64,000 nucleotides of DNA, from the NCBI GenBank assembly GCA_044892525.1, contig CM097888.1:56358001-56422000 (forward strand). Reading direction: 5' to 3'. The DNA is from Schmidtea polychroa (Eukaryota). The notes below the pieces were generated by a model. The model was not told the DNA's origin and ran no database searches. It was given only the letters and a program-made list of their open reading frames with translations. A program made the position numbers and the translations under genes. Numbering within the stretch: position 1 is the first letter of the stretch; the number at the start of each line of letters is the position of its first letter. Of the stretch, positions 1 through 12,400 are shown piece after piece.

Positions 1-843
1 TAATCTCTGCGATACCTTGTTTCGAATTGTTACTCCTTCAAATTATTATAAATTCTGAGTTTACTGTTTCTCCAATTCTGTAGTTTGCTCCAATATTTTC
101 TTAGGTTTTTCTTCTGCCCGTCTCTATTTGTGTTTCTAATTTATAGCTTGTCATTCACAAGCACTTATAGATAATTTAATGTTGTCAACTGTCAAGATAA
201 AAAATTCCCCTTGATTCTGCCTTCATTTTTTCATCGACCTCCACTGTTTTTTATCCATTATTGCAGACTAGCTGTTGAGATATGAAAGTTGGATTTGGTT
301 TGTTTTTCCTTTTTCAATTTGTACTTGTTAATTAAGAAAGATCTTGTCGTAATTCATTGTTTAATTTAATTGATTCTTTATCATTTCCAATTTCATTTTT
401 TTTCTTCCCCTCGCTTTTGCTTCTCAGATTTATGGAGTAACATATTCTTAATTTGTACCTTGCCCCCTTTCATTTTACTCACCTTAATAATTCTTTAATT
501 TTATTATTTAGGCATTCTTAACATGTTTCTTAACCTTTTCCAACCCCGGACCTCTAAATTATCGAATTATTACACGCGAACTGATAATACACGAGTATAT
601 AAAATAACAGAAAAAACAAATAATCAAATTATAAGAAAAGAAATTAGGATGTTGTTAAAAATAAATTTCTGAATTTCTGCATTATTTTGTGAACCTTCAC
701 CAGTTCTCCCTGACCAACAGTTATGATACACCGACTTATATTTGTTACTCTTTTAAATAATGGTTTTCTAAAATTGACAAGATGGATTAATTGACCCCTA
801 TCAAATATTATTAAATCAATTTATTAAATCAACTGAAATTTTA

Positions 844-2046
844 ATGAAATCCACAGTTTGTGGAATGTGTCAAGACGGGGTAGTGACAGTTCTTCAAGAT
901 TCAATGAAGCGTATAAGAATTTTACAGAACTTATCTCCACATTATTTCTGCGACAATGGGACAATTATTAATAACACGACTTCTGTTACAGAAAATTCAG
1001 TACAAACACTCAACAAAAAAAAATCTGTCGAATTTGTGAAACCTCGATTTATTGAGAGATGCTCCACAATGTCAAGTTCAATTATTGAAAATGCAACTTA
1101 TGGAGAATGTGGCCGCTTTGAAAGAAGGATGTGCAAAATTTTGGATAGTATTGAAATTGCGAGAGCGGAAATTACTGGAGTCCAGGCTATAAAGTTACCA
1201 AGTGGTCAAATTCAGTTTGTTAATGAGCTACAAATCAGGCAAAGAAAAGTGAAAGAAGATTTACAGGTCGTCAGCAGCTGTATTGAACAGATTCTAATAG
1301 AAATGGAGGAAAAAGGAAATTTTGAGGTACTCGAAATATATGTTAATGATCAAAAGGAAGCTTTGGAGAAAATGAAGTCTCTTTCCAAATCCGACAAAGA
1401 ATCGGAAAAAATAATAAATTCAATTAAAGAAGAAATTGATAATTCTAAAATAGATTACGATGAAAAGGAAGCGGAATTTTTAAAATTAATCCGTCATTTG
1501 AAGCATCAAAAACAGGAATTAATTCAGAAAAATACTATGGAAAGTAAATTCATGATTGCCAAGACCAAATCAGACGTCCAACAATTGAAATTGCAATTGG
1601 ATTCAATAGAGAAAGATGTAAAGGATGAGATAACTCAAATAAATAACAACATCGAACGAGAAGAACTAGTGAACACCGAGATATCGATGTATTTGCGGAA
1701 CAATATTCAAAATATGGAACAAAACATTGAGTATTGGACAAGTAAACATGCTATTGAAAATCAAAATTTCCAATCTAGATTAAAAACTTTGATGAAAGAG
1801 TCTCAACAGTTGACGCACGAATTGGAAAGTTTGGTGTCAAAGTATGTTCGCTACGAAAAGGTCTGCATCGAAGATCGACAAATTAAAGTAGAGAAGGCTA
1901 AGCTAGATGCGATAGAAGCTGCTCGAAATGATAAAGCCTTCATGATTCAAAAATGGTGGCGTTTTATTTGCGTTATGTTATCAATAGGACCAAATGCGAT
2001 TAAGAAAAAAGGAAAAAAGGGAAAAGATAAAAATAAAAAAAAATAG
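844..2046 (+). CDS. IQCG: IQCG/DRC9-like dynein regulatory complex subunit (coiled coil plus C-terminal IQ motif), single exon
   Basis: 400-aa ATG-initiated ORF. A long heptad-rich coiled coil is followed by AFMIQKWWR (IQ motif) and a G-P-x-x-x-KKKGKKGK basic tail, the architecture typical of DRC9/IQCG. Recognised from memory of the family, not by search. Confidence 0.7.
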   Translation: MKSTVCGMCQDGVVTVLQDSMKRIRILQNLSPHYFCDNGTIINNTTSVTENSVQTLNKKKSVEFVKPRFIERCSTMSSSIIENATYGECGRFERRMCKILDSIEIARAEITGVQAIKLPSGQIQFVNELQIRQRKVKEDLQVVSSCIEQILIEMEEKGNFEVLEIYVNDQKEALEKMKSLSKSDKESEKIINSIKEEIDNSKIDYDEKEAEFLKLIRHLKHQKQELIQKNTMESKFMIAKTKSDVQQLKLQLDSIEKDVKDEITQINNNIEREELVNTEISMYLRNNIQNMEQNIEYWTSKHAIENQNFQSRLKTLMKESQQLTHELESLVSKYVRYEKVCIEDRQIKVEKAKLDAIEAARNDKAFMIQKWWRFICVMLSIGPNAIKKKGKKGKDKNKKK

Positions 2047-3252
2047 AAAAGTTAAATTAAAGCTAAGTAAATGAACATATTAGAATTAGAATTTGTTTCA
2101 TAAATTAGATAAAAATTGTTTATAGATATGAAACTTTCAGAAAAAAGTTATTTGCATATTGAGGAATTTTTTTATCAAAATATTTGTTTAAAATGGTTAT
2201 GTTGAATTTATGATACAGAATATCAAAAAACATCAAGAGTTCTATCAGTGTTGTTACATAGTAAGGACTGGGAAACAATATTTGGGACAAACTGTGATAA
2301 AAATATAGTTTGGAATGCTTTGAAGTACTTTATTCTTTATTATTTAGATACTTCCGAAATTTGAGGTTGTTGCCCCATTAACTGTTCCACTAAAATCAAA
2401 TTGTTTCACGAAGTCACCCAATAGACAATACATACTACATACGAAAATATGGAAAGTCGGCTAGAATTATGTTTTGTTATGTTTTTGTTAATAATAAGAT
2501 TTTTTAAAGTACACAGGGAGAAAATGATACTTTAAGTACATTAAAAAATAAAGTACGACGTTCGAAAACAAAGTACGGTATTTTGAAATAAAGTACGAAT
2601 GGTCACTGTATACACGGAATTATATTCTAATTTAAATATTTTAGAAATTACATGAAGTTTTCAGTGATAGGATTCAATTTTCTTTGGAACCGGTACGCTT
2701 TCCAAATTTTTATTGATTTGTAAAATGAAAAATCCGTACGCCATTATTGGAACTTATTAAGAATTAACTTATTACCGACTGAATTACATAATACATTTAA
2801 CATTGTATAAATCCGACTGCTGCTGTATATCTTAATTCAACTTGCGAAAAATCAAAATTTGAAAGCATGAAGATACGGAAAAAAATGAAGAATTTTTTCA
2901 GAATGAAAGATTAAATAGAAAAATAGGAAATTTTATAACGTTCAAGAATGAGATGTTTATTTTAAAATATTTTCCTGGATTCTTTTTAATGAATTAATTT
3001 TAATCACAACTCTGTTAGTTGATAAAGAAATTGTAGACGATTAAGGAAGATATAAATTTAGTATTGGAATATATCTTAATTTTATAACTTTTAGTATGTA
3101 TTGATACCTTATTTGCTTTGATGCTTTAACTAATTTATCACATTTTGAAAATAATCTATTAAAATTATTCATTGTGCACATCTAAGATCAAAAAAACAAT
3201 AATTTAAATATCAAATCAGAACTCATATGAGCACTTTAATTATTATTAACTT

Positions 3253-3708
3253 TTAGACTTTTCCTTGATTAGCAGGGACTTTTACGACATTTGCAGTGTT
3301 GGCTGGTTTAGAAGCATGAACTTGGGTTTTAACATTCACAACTACCGGTTTTGGATTCAAGACAATTGACGATTTAGCTCCCGTATTTGAGTCTTTCAAC
3401 AAAGTACCTTCGATTGGATCAACTATTTTCTCCGATAGAGTTCCATCAATCCACTTATCATTAATTGCATTCAATTCGTAAGCCTTTGAAAGGTCACGAT
3501 GGACTACAGGGACACGATGTTTGCCGTAATATCCATGATGAGGATGGTGATTATGATGATGAGGTCCGTGAGGATGATGATGAACTGGTTTTCCATAATG
3601 CATGTGATGCGGTGGCCTATGATGGGGATGTTGGTGGTAATACGGCCGGTAGTCAGCCACAGCTAATGCAACTATAGAAATTAGCAAATAGAAAAAATAT
3701 GGTTGCAT
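3253..3708 (-). CDS. Small secreted His/Pro/Tyr-rich protein (151 aa)
   Basis: The ORF track starts at a TTG; the first ATG is at 3708. A hydrophobic N-terminus (MQPYFFYLLISIVALAVA-DY) looks like a signal peptide. It is followed by a 46-aa segment with 20 His and a Val/Pro/Lys-rich C-terminus. GC content is locally elevated. Confidence 0.75.
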   Translation of the reverse strand: MQPYFFYLLISIVALAVADYRPYYHQHPHHRPPHHMHYGKPVHHHPHGPHHHNHHPHHGYYGKHRVPVVHRDLSKAYELNAINDKWIDGTLSEKIVDPIEGTLLKDSNTGAKSSIVLNPKPVVVNVKTQVHASKPANTANVVKVPANQGKV

Positions 3709-4815
3709 TTTTGACAAAAGTGATTTTAACCGATAAGATACCTATTTATTTGAATATTTTGATTTTTTTCTTAACCTTTGATAATATATTTGATAAGGAA
3801 TACTTTATCACAATCACGTACGAAGTCTAGAAATGAAACTTATAGACTAATAGACTTATTGAAATGGTCTGATAATGTTGTTAAAATAAATATATTATAC
3901 AATAAATGCGATTTTAACATTTTTTATTAAAAAATTAAAATTATGTAACAATTTTCTTATGAGTCTTCCAAGGCCATCGAAGATCCAGGCTCATGTAAGA
4001 TATAAGGCCATCAAAATTAGTAAATTATTTTGTTTTCATGGCTTCAGGCGACCTTCATATTGAAACACCAAATAATTTGAATTCCTTGCCATCGTTATGG
4101 CCACGGTCACTTTACAGTTTTGGTTATTGTAATGTGACTGAGAACTATGGACAGGTTAAATCAGTTACTAAAATATTCCCATTCAATTCTTTTTTCCGCG
4201 TTCGTAACTGCCGATAAAAAGATTCATGTTTCCGATATTATTTCCAGTTCACTAACTGGGATTTTGCTGGTCTCTCTTTTACATTATTTATATCAATTGG
4301 TGTTATTAAATGCAAGCTTATCCTGAAATATTATCAACTTTGAAATAAGATATTTCACGAGTATCATTAATAATGGTTTATTAAAATAATAATATTATAA
4401 AATCGCCCTATTTTAGTTGTCATATTCTATTTTGACGTAAAAAATTATTTAAGTATTTTAGTGACATTTTTGCGAATATATAAATTAGTTTGGGACTTAG
4501 AGATATAATGAATAATTTTAAAAAATTGACTGTATACTTTATAATTTACCTTCACACTAAAACATACTATATTAAAACGGTATCCACCAATTATGGCACG
4601 CACAAAAGAGTGCTGTCAAATACCTTTTAGGATTCATCTCTGCCCAGAGTTGAATAAAATATTTTCTATTTCATCCCAAAAATAGAATATATTGTCTTAG
4701 AAAAAGTACAAGCCGCCTATTGTGATTTAACGCCATTATTTGACCGCCCCATTTTGTGCACGTTACTATTGAGGCAAATCTATTAAAACAATTCATATTA
4801 AATTACATTAAATAC

Positions 4816-5144
4816 CAGTGACGTAGCCAAAGGGGGTAGGAGTTTAGGGGGTTAAACCCCCTCCCCTCCACACCCCCATTGGGTTTCTCAATTACAAATA
4901 TTTTTCGACGTCATGCCTAAAAGATCATCCACCTAAATAAGAAAAAAACAAAAGACACTTTTTTCCATTATTTTATTTACTGTAAATGTGATACTGTGAT
5001 ATTTGTCTGTATTCTGTAGTCTGTACTCTCAGTACATTGTGATTATTTACTTTGTTAAATTTTATTTTGATTATGACCATAATATTAATAAATATTTCTC
5101 AACTCCAACCCCCGCCCCTTCATAAATTCCTGGCTACACCACTG
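4816..5144. mobile_element. Non-autonomous hAT element (MITE)
   Basis: Termini CAGTGACGTAGCCA ... TGGCTACACCACTG are imperfect TIRs, flanked on both sides by an identical 8-bp TSD TTAAATAC (4808-4815 and 5145-5152). Confidence 0.85.
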
Positions 5145-5490
5145 TTAAATACTAAACGTAATATTATATTTATATTAAACATTGGAATTTTTATTGATAA
5201 TTGTAAGTAACAGACTATAAATAAAATATCTACTCATAATCTGAGGGACAGATGCACAAGGAACAAAATAAAACGGAAGCGTAATAAAAATCAATAGTGC
5301 AAAAAATAACAAAAGTGCAAAAATTAATTAAACATTTATAAAATGGGAAAATTATTATTGATCGGGGAAATGGGCATAGTTGATCACCAAATCAAGAGAC
5401 AAATCCAAAAAAAAATAAAAATTTAGTGAGGAGTCCCTAGAGAAAGTTATAATAAAATAACAAACTAACAAAAAAAAGTATTAATCGCTA

Positions 5491-5558
5491 ATGGAAAACC
5501 CGAGTTAATGAGAAACCCAAGTTAATAAGAAGCCCGAGTTAACGGAAAACCGGAACGA
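5491..5558 (+). repeat. 17-bp tandem repeat x4 (ATGGAAAACCCGAGTTA-like) inside an LTR-like dispersed repeat
   Basis: Four consecutive degenerate 17-mers. The same array occurs at 24251-24318, and the nearby motif CGACTAATTAGACA recurs at about 20489. Confidence 0.65.
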
Positions 5559-6404
5559 TGAGAAAAACTCGTAGCGTACTGAGACCCGACTAATTAGACA
5601 ATCATCAAAGTAAGTCAAAGTGAATTCAACTGAGCGCTGGTTAGGAGTGGGCAAGTTAAATTGGTAGGATTTCAATAATCCCCCAGAACATTGGAAATGA
5701 CGTCTACCCAGTTTGTTAGATAAATGTTGATAATCCACAAAATATGTAAAATAATGGTTACCCAATATTTGTTAAATGCATATAATCGTCAGAAGAATTA
5801 AAATAATATTTACCCAATATTAGATAAGCGCTTTTCAGAAAATTATAAAAGAAAAAGCTGAAAAGAGACGAGCACCAGGTAGTCAAAGAAAACAATATCA
5901 GAGAGCGTTTACGAAAATCCAAGAGAAACTAAAGAGAATTATAAATTATTGTACCAAAAAAGGTGATTAACCTACCCTGAGATGACAAATATCTACGAAG
6001 AAAGATGCAAATCGAGTGACTTTTTGTAACTGTGGTAAAATTTGAATAAAGCGGTTCTGTTTTGGGTTTTAGTTATTTGTTTGTAAGAGAACGCGAAAAA
6101 AACTGACTTTGATAAAATTTTAACTCAACAGAACCATATTCATTCTGTGTTAATTTTCAACTCTTCCCAAGGTCCTAGAACAATTTAGATCAGAAAATTA
6201 GGCTTAAAAATAGGATAAATTAATTTGATTTTAGCCATTTAAATATTTTCATAGGTAATTAGTATTGAAACAAAAATAAAACTATGAAAACAATTTCTAA
6301 AATTACACAATCATAGAAAATGATTTACACAGGAAATGGCGATTTATGAAAATTTATGAAAAATAAATAGAAACAGAAATGGTGTACAATATTAAGTAAA
6401 TATA

Positions 6405-6622
6405 CCGTAATTTCCCGCATATAGCCCGCATTCGCAGATAACCGTCATACTCAGATACCCCACAAGTTTTTAAGTTTTGTGTAAAAATTAAGCAATATAG
6501 TAAAATAACAAATACTTGTAAAAATGTTTGATATAACCCGCGCTCATATATACCCCGTACCCCCCCCCTGTGGGATACGTAAAATTCGGTATAACCCGCG
6601 GGTTATATGCGGGAAAATACGG
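6405..6622. mobile_element. Tc1/mariner-superfamily MITE
   Basis: TIR CCGTA(A/T)TTTCCCGCATATA(G/A)CCCGC at both ends with TA flanks on both sides. Confidence 0.8.
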
Positions 6623-7961
6623 TAGTTAAAAATGACTGATAGACACTCAAAATAACCATGTTTTTACTAAATATACATAATTTACTAAATGTTATCCAAA
6701 TAACTATGTATTTCTAACTGATACACACGAATTACATATGAATTTGTTAAACGAATCGCCAATTACGACGTATTTACTATCTTTTATACACATGATGTTC
6801 CTGTTTTGCTAAATGGTGCATGAAAATGGCCATGGTTTCACTAAGTATGATCATGATTTCAATAACCGAATATCAATGTTAAGTGTCAAAACTTGAATAC
6901 TATATTATTCAATTCTTCATTAGTTGATTTAACACTTACATTGAAATGAAGCAAACAATTTAATGCCTAATTAATTTAGACACGTATTTAAGAACTCTGA
7001 TAACCATTAAAGATGTACCGTGTCATTAAAGAGATTTCACTAAAAAGTTTCTAATTCAGCCTCAATATAATATACCGGTAATTCAGGATTATCAACCAAT
7101 ATTATTTTGAATAATTAATTTAGTTTTTACTTTTGTAATAACTTTACCATGGGATCCCACAATCAATTTATAATTATTATATTTATCTTTAACGTTTTAT
7201 TTGTTACCCATTCATACCTTAATTTTAATTAATTTTTAAATGATGAATGTGAGTATTGAAAAGGTTTAAAACTAATCTATTATTAACAATACAATGCAAA
7301 ATTTTAATAACATGACTGCTTGATAACATTAAAAATATAAACTCTTAAATTTGTTATATTAATGAAAATAACATAAATTTATGTATCAAAATAAATTTTG
7401 ATTTGAATAAAATTGTTTTTACTTAACCGGAAAATACAAAAATAAAACTACATTACAAATAGCGCGCCAAATCTCAAGGTCATATTTTATTCAGTATAAA
7501 TAAATTCTAATTGAATCTAGTTATAATTTAAGTGACAATTTATGACTAATTACTTTAATTTAAATAAACAAAATAATAATAAAATGCAATTCTCTCCAAT
7601 ACGAATGATTCTGTATTCAAAGTTTCACAAATGTAATTTAATAATTTTATATTATATTAAAAAGTTATAATGTAGGCGTGGTAATTCTTATTTCCGTATT
7701 TTCTTACCTTTCAGATCAAATACAAGAAATTGAACTACTTATGAATATTTTTTGAAGTGAAATTCAGCAGAAATGCGTACATTGCATTGTGTTAATCATC
7801 ACTTTGTACAATTTAGGTAACACGGAGTTTTAATTATCAATTTGCACATTGTTCACTACCATTCATCACTTGTGTAGTATGGCAGTGACTTGGCTGAATT
7901 TATCTTCAATATTCTTATTATTTATACATATATATATTTTCTAATCAAAAGAAATCAAAAA

Positions 7962-8032
7962 ATGACGATTAATTATTCAAGACATTTGGAAAAAGGTCGA
8001 AAAGTGGATATATTTTGTAGGCTTTTAAAATT
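7962..8032 (+). CDS. BEST: Bestrophin exon 1 (MTINYSRHLEKGRKVDIFCRLLK)
   Basis: ATG at 7962, GTAAGT donor at 8033, phase 2; resembles the bestrophin N-terminus MTVTY...F.RLL. Confidence 0.85.
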
Positions 8033-9391
8033 GTAAGTAAATTTTCAAATTTTTTAATTATTATTTTAAATTTAATTTCACGTGTTATATAAATGTTGAA
8101 GTAAGAAATAAGTTAGAAATCCGACAAGGCGCGTGATATTAAATATTAAACACTGGGATGGAAAAATAGATAAAGGGTACTAAAACAATGAAACATTTGC
8201 TATCGGTTATTTGAAAGTTTCCCAGCAGTTTGTAACGGTGTGACTAATGCGACTTTCAAAATGAACATTGCTCGTTAATATGGTGGAAAGAATAATGTTG
8301 AAACGTTAAATGACTCCAGTGACAATAATATTCCAACTATTATTACCATAACCATCGCAACAACATCTTGAAATAAATGTAAAAGACCTAAATTTCTTCA
8401 ATGCTTTCAACAAAAGATACCAAAAACCAAATTAAAAAATCTCAATAAACTCTGAACGTCTAGACTCATAATTATAAACTTTCATTTTCTATTTAATTTT
8501 CTAATACATAGTTACTACTTATTAGAAAAATGAACTGTTTAAAAGCTTTGTTGTAGGCTGATAAAACTCATGTTTCAAAGAATGTATTATATAGAAAACA
8601 TTGATCTATAGTCAAAATTTAAATAACAATAAATGTACTTCCATTTAATTGAATTTCACGAAGGACCCTTGACCATGTGTCGGCATTAAAATATCTATTA
8701 TACTAAGAAAAAACAAATACAATAATTTTTGCATTGTTTCCGGGACCCCTTCATTTCTGTCTTACTTATTACCACCCAATGGTTCAAAGTTTTAATTTAA
8801 TCTAAGATTAAAAATATTTATAAAGTGTTTTCCACTCAAAATATTTAATATTAAAATTACTCATTGTCAATTATTCTAGATAAATAAGAGGACAAATATA
8901 AATCAAAATTAAATAGAATAATTTAACTGACATCAGGTTCTGCTAATAATGAAAATTTATGAATAGACTTGTTGAGCATCAATTATTATAGAGACCGAGT
9001 ACATTCATTGGCTAAACTGAGATTTTGTGGGGTTATCTAAAATTGATGTAAAACTGATTTGACACAAGAACTAAAAAAACTAAATGGAAAATTAATTAAA
9101 AATTGATGATTTTCTGTGGGAAATGTGTGAGCAGGTAAGAAATGAAAAGATGAATACGAATAAAATAATTTTAAATTGGTTGGGGCTCCGTAGGTAATGT
9201 TATTTAACAAATATAAATTAATTAATTAACTAATAAATTTAATTAATAAACAAAATTCCCAAGCTTAACAGGCATGTTGACAATATGTTAAACTACTAAA
9301 ATATAAATAATTTAATTTCAATCTGGTTTTCGGCTTCTCGTGGATTAAATATTTAATTTGCAAATGAGTTATGAAGAGAATGCCTTATAAA

Positions 9392-9484
<93 letters not shown>

Positions 9485-12400
9485 CGAGAGGACAAAAAGC
9501 GGTGGCACTACATATTTCAATGAGATATTTAAATCTAGACTGGATATTATTAACGAACAAATCGCTTCAAGATTTCGCAACGAATATTTCAAGAAATCTA
9601 AACTGAATAACGAATTGCGAATCCGTGGCATGTTTGAGGAGATGATAAATAAATCAAACTACTTTACAATATCACTTTTCGCTACCAAACATTATGTTTT
9701 GATACGGATTATTGCCCGATATATTTTCTAATATTATTTATATTTTTTTCTTTTTAAGGAAAAATCTCATTCTTTGTCTTCAATAGTTGTAAATAATTGT
9801 CTTTAAATGTCATTTTATATTTTATATTTACACATTTTCCATGGCCTGTCATTGAGAAAATTCTTCTTACAATTCATAAATAGACAATCAAATATTTTTG
9901 CCATCTCACTTCAATATCCACTTTTATATACGAAATAACTGGCTGTCCCATTTAACCGGTGTCCCAATTAAGCAGAATCAACTGTACATCAAATTTTTTT
10001 AATATTTAAATAAAATATATTTCGATGTTGAAAATTTGATACAGATTTTTTTAGATGGAAAGGCAGTTTGTATAAGTTGATTTGGGTAGATTTGATTTGC
10101 TATCTAGTTTTGTTTTACGCAATCAATTTCACCTATCGGTTTGCACTTGACCAAAAACAACGAAAGTAAAATGGATTTCATTTAAATAATTATTTTAATT
10201 GATAATCGAAATGAACAGAATGTTTGTGAAATTGATTCAATTTGCAGATGAAATGAAGGAAAGTATTCCTTTCTATTTCATTTTAGGATTCTTTGTAGCT
10301 GGAGTCATTGGAAGGTGGTTCAGAATATTTCTATTAATACCTTGGCTTCATCGACAAGCATTTATGTTTGAAGTAAACTATATTTTTTTTATAANNNNNN
10401 NNNNNNNNNNNNNNNNNNNNNNNNNNNNNNNNNNNNNNNNNNNNNNNNNNNNNNNNNNNNNNNNNNNNNNNNNNNNNNNNNNNNNNNNNNNNNNNNNNNN
10501 NNNNNNNNNNNNNNNNNNNNNNNNNNNNNNNNNNNNNNNNNNNNNNNNNNNNNNNNNNNNNNNNNNNNNNNNNNNNNNNNNNNNNNNNNNNNNNNNNNNN
10601 NNNNNNNNNNNNNNNNNNNNNNNNNNNNNNNNNNNNNNNNNNNNNNNNNNNNNNNNNNNNNNNNNNNNNNNNNNNNNNNNNNNNNNNNNNNATGAGTCGT
10701 ATTATTAAATAGAATGACCATCAAAAATAATTTTCCGTCATACTATTCCGGTAGTTATACTATTTAGTGCTTTCAAAAAAATGTTGGGTATATTGTAGTT
10801 GGTCGGTGATTATTAACTGTCAATTACTATTCTGACTCCGATCGTGTTATTTAATAACGACAATGACAAATCACTACGATTTTATTGATTATAACGATCT
10901 CAACCATACCAATTTGCAACACAGGTCACATGTTTCAAATGTTTATTACAATCCTCCAGGAAGAATAACAATAACAATCCTCTAAGAACACGACCGCTTG
11001 ACTAGTGCCGGTAATGGGAAATTCCCAAAATTGATCTGGTTGCTTTAAACTTGATTTGAGTTTCTCAACTACCACTGATTCACTAATTCAATTCGCAAGT
11101 TTTTTCCAACTGTTTCCTGATTCTTAACACTTTATTTTACTCTCTTTTCCATCTGATGGCACTTATTCATTCTTTATTTGCACTTGTTTTATTGGCATTC
11201 CATAATCTCTGACAGCTGTCGAGATATATGTATTTTTTACAATCCAGTTTCTCGGATTTCCCATACCTTTTCCCCTTTCTATTTCAAGTAGGCCGTCGAG
11301 ATAACAAGACAATCTAAATTTTGTTTTGCTTTCTGTGTCGCTTCTTTTGTACTTGTACTTAATAATTAAGAATGACCTTCCTTTATTTAATTGTCTGTTT
11401 TTATTGATTTTCTTCTGTTCCCTTCAACATCTCTCTTCTACTCTTGTTGTACTGAGTTCCAGAAGACTGCCCCATTCATTTATCATCATTTCCCCAATCA
11501 TTTTGCGTCTTTATTATTTTTATTTTGTAATTTAGGTATCCATAACAAAAATAATAGACGAAAATCTTTTATTCATCGACCAGATCTAGAACATCAGATT
11601 TGACAATATCACTATCTTGATTAACCATTAGCTGTCCATGATTTAAACTAAGACAGTTGACACGAACTATTTCACAGTAAACATCATGCTTTGAAATAAG
11701 TCAGTCTTCAAAATTAGTCGAAAATCATGCTGTACTAATTGAATTGAGTATATTTTTGGCAAAAAGAATACTCCAGGCCTCATCAATCCAAGAACTAACA
11801 ATTGAATGGCTTGACTATTTGAGGTTACCTGCTCTTGTGAACTATACTACCAGAGTTCTTCCAAATATTCATTGCATTGCAAATTTTATCTTTAAATTTT
11901 TTATAAATTCCAATTTCTCATTTTTAAACTATTTTATTCTATAAAACAGAAAAAACACACGTTTTAGTGTCTGTCTGTCACAAGAATTCCTCTTAAACGG
12001 TGTATCGTAGCGACATGGCATTTGCACATAGCATTATGACTGCCAAATCTGTCAATTGTAATATTTTCAACTTTAATTTTTTTCTATCTCAAAGTCAATG
12101 GATCAAATTTGACAGACAGGTGCTTCTCATATGGGTTGCTTTGTGTGGTAATGTCAAGAACAAAAGATCTCTCAGCATTGTTCATCATCGTCGATAATCA
12201 ATAAGGAACTAAAAATTGTATATAGCCAAATATTAAAACAAATTTGTATAAACAATATGAATAAAATTAATTATAATGAGTAAAAAATGAGTGTCAATAT
12301 AGCCCGAGCAAAGCTGGGTAATAAAGTTACTTAATTTAAATAATTGTTCACTTAGTATGTAGTCATAACCATTTAATACCACGCCACGAAAGTTATTGAA

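Noticed and set aside
1-540. Purine-rich minus-strand stretch resembling a decayed retroelement ORF, weakly similar to 11040-11600 (shared GTACTTGT...AATTAAGAA)
   Set aside because: No diagnostic motif could be read through the stops and frameshifts, so a family cannot be supported without a search.
3465-3677. Asp-rich plus-strand ORF
   Set aside because: Antisense shadow of the His codons of the 3253-3708 gene.
5491-5558. Possible CRISPR-like array
   Set aside because: Units are contiguous with no unique spacers, and the context is eukaryotic.
9353-9631. ORFs with IYIYIY runs (also 9369-9560, 22489-22782, 22626-22838)
   Set aside because: Translations of (TA)n microsatellites.
10199-10708. 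169-aa ORF as a stand-alone gene, and all other X-containing ORFs
   Set aside because: Its real part is bestrophin exon 3; the rest is read-through of an N-gap. The other X-rich ORFs are gap artefacts.
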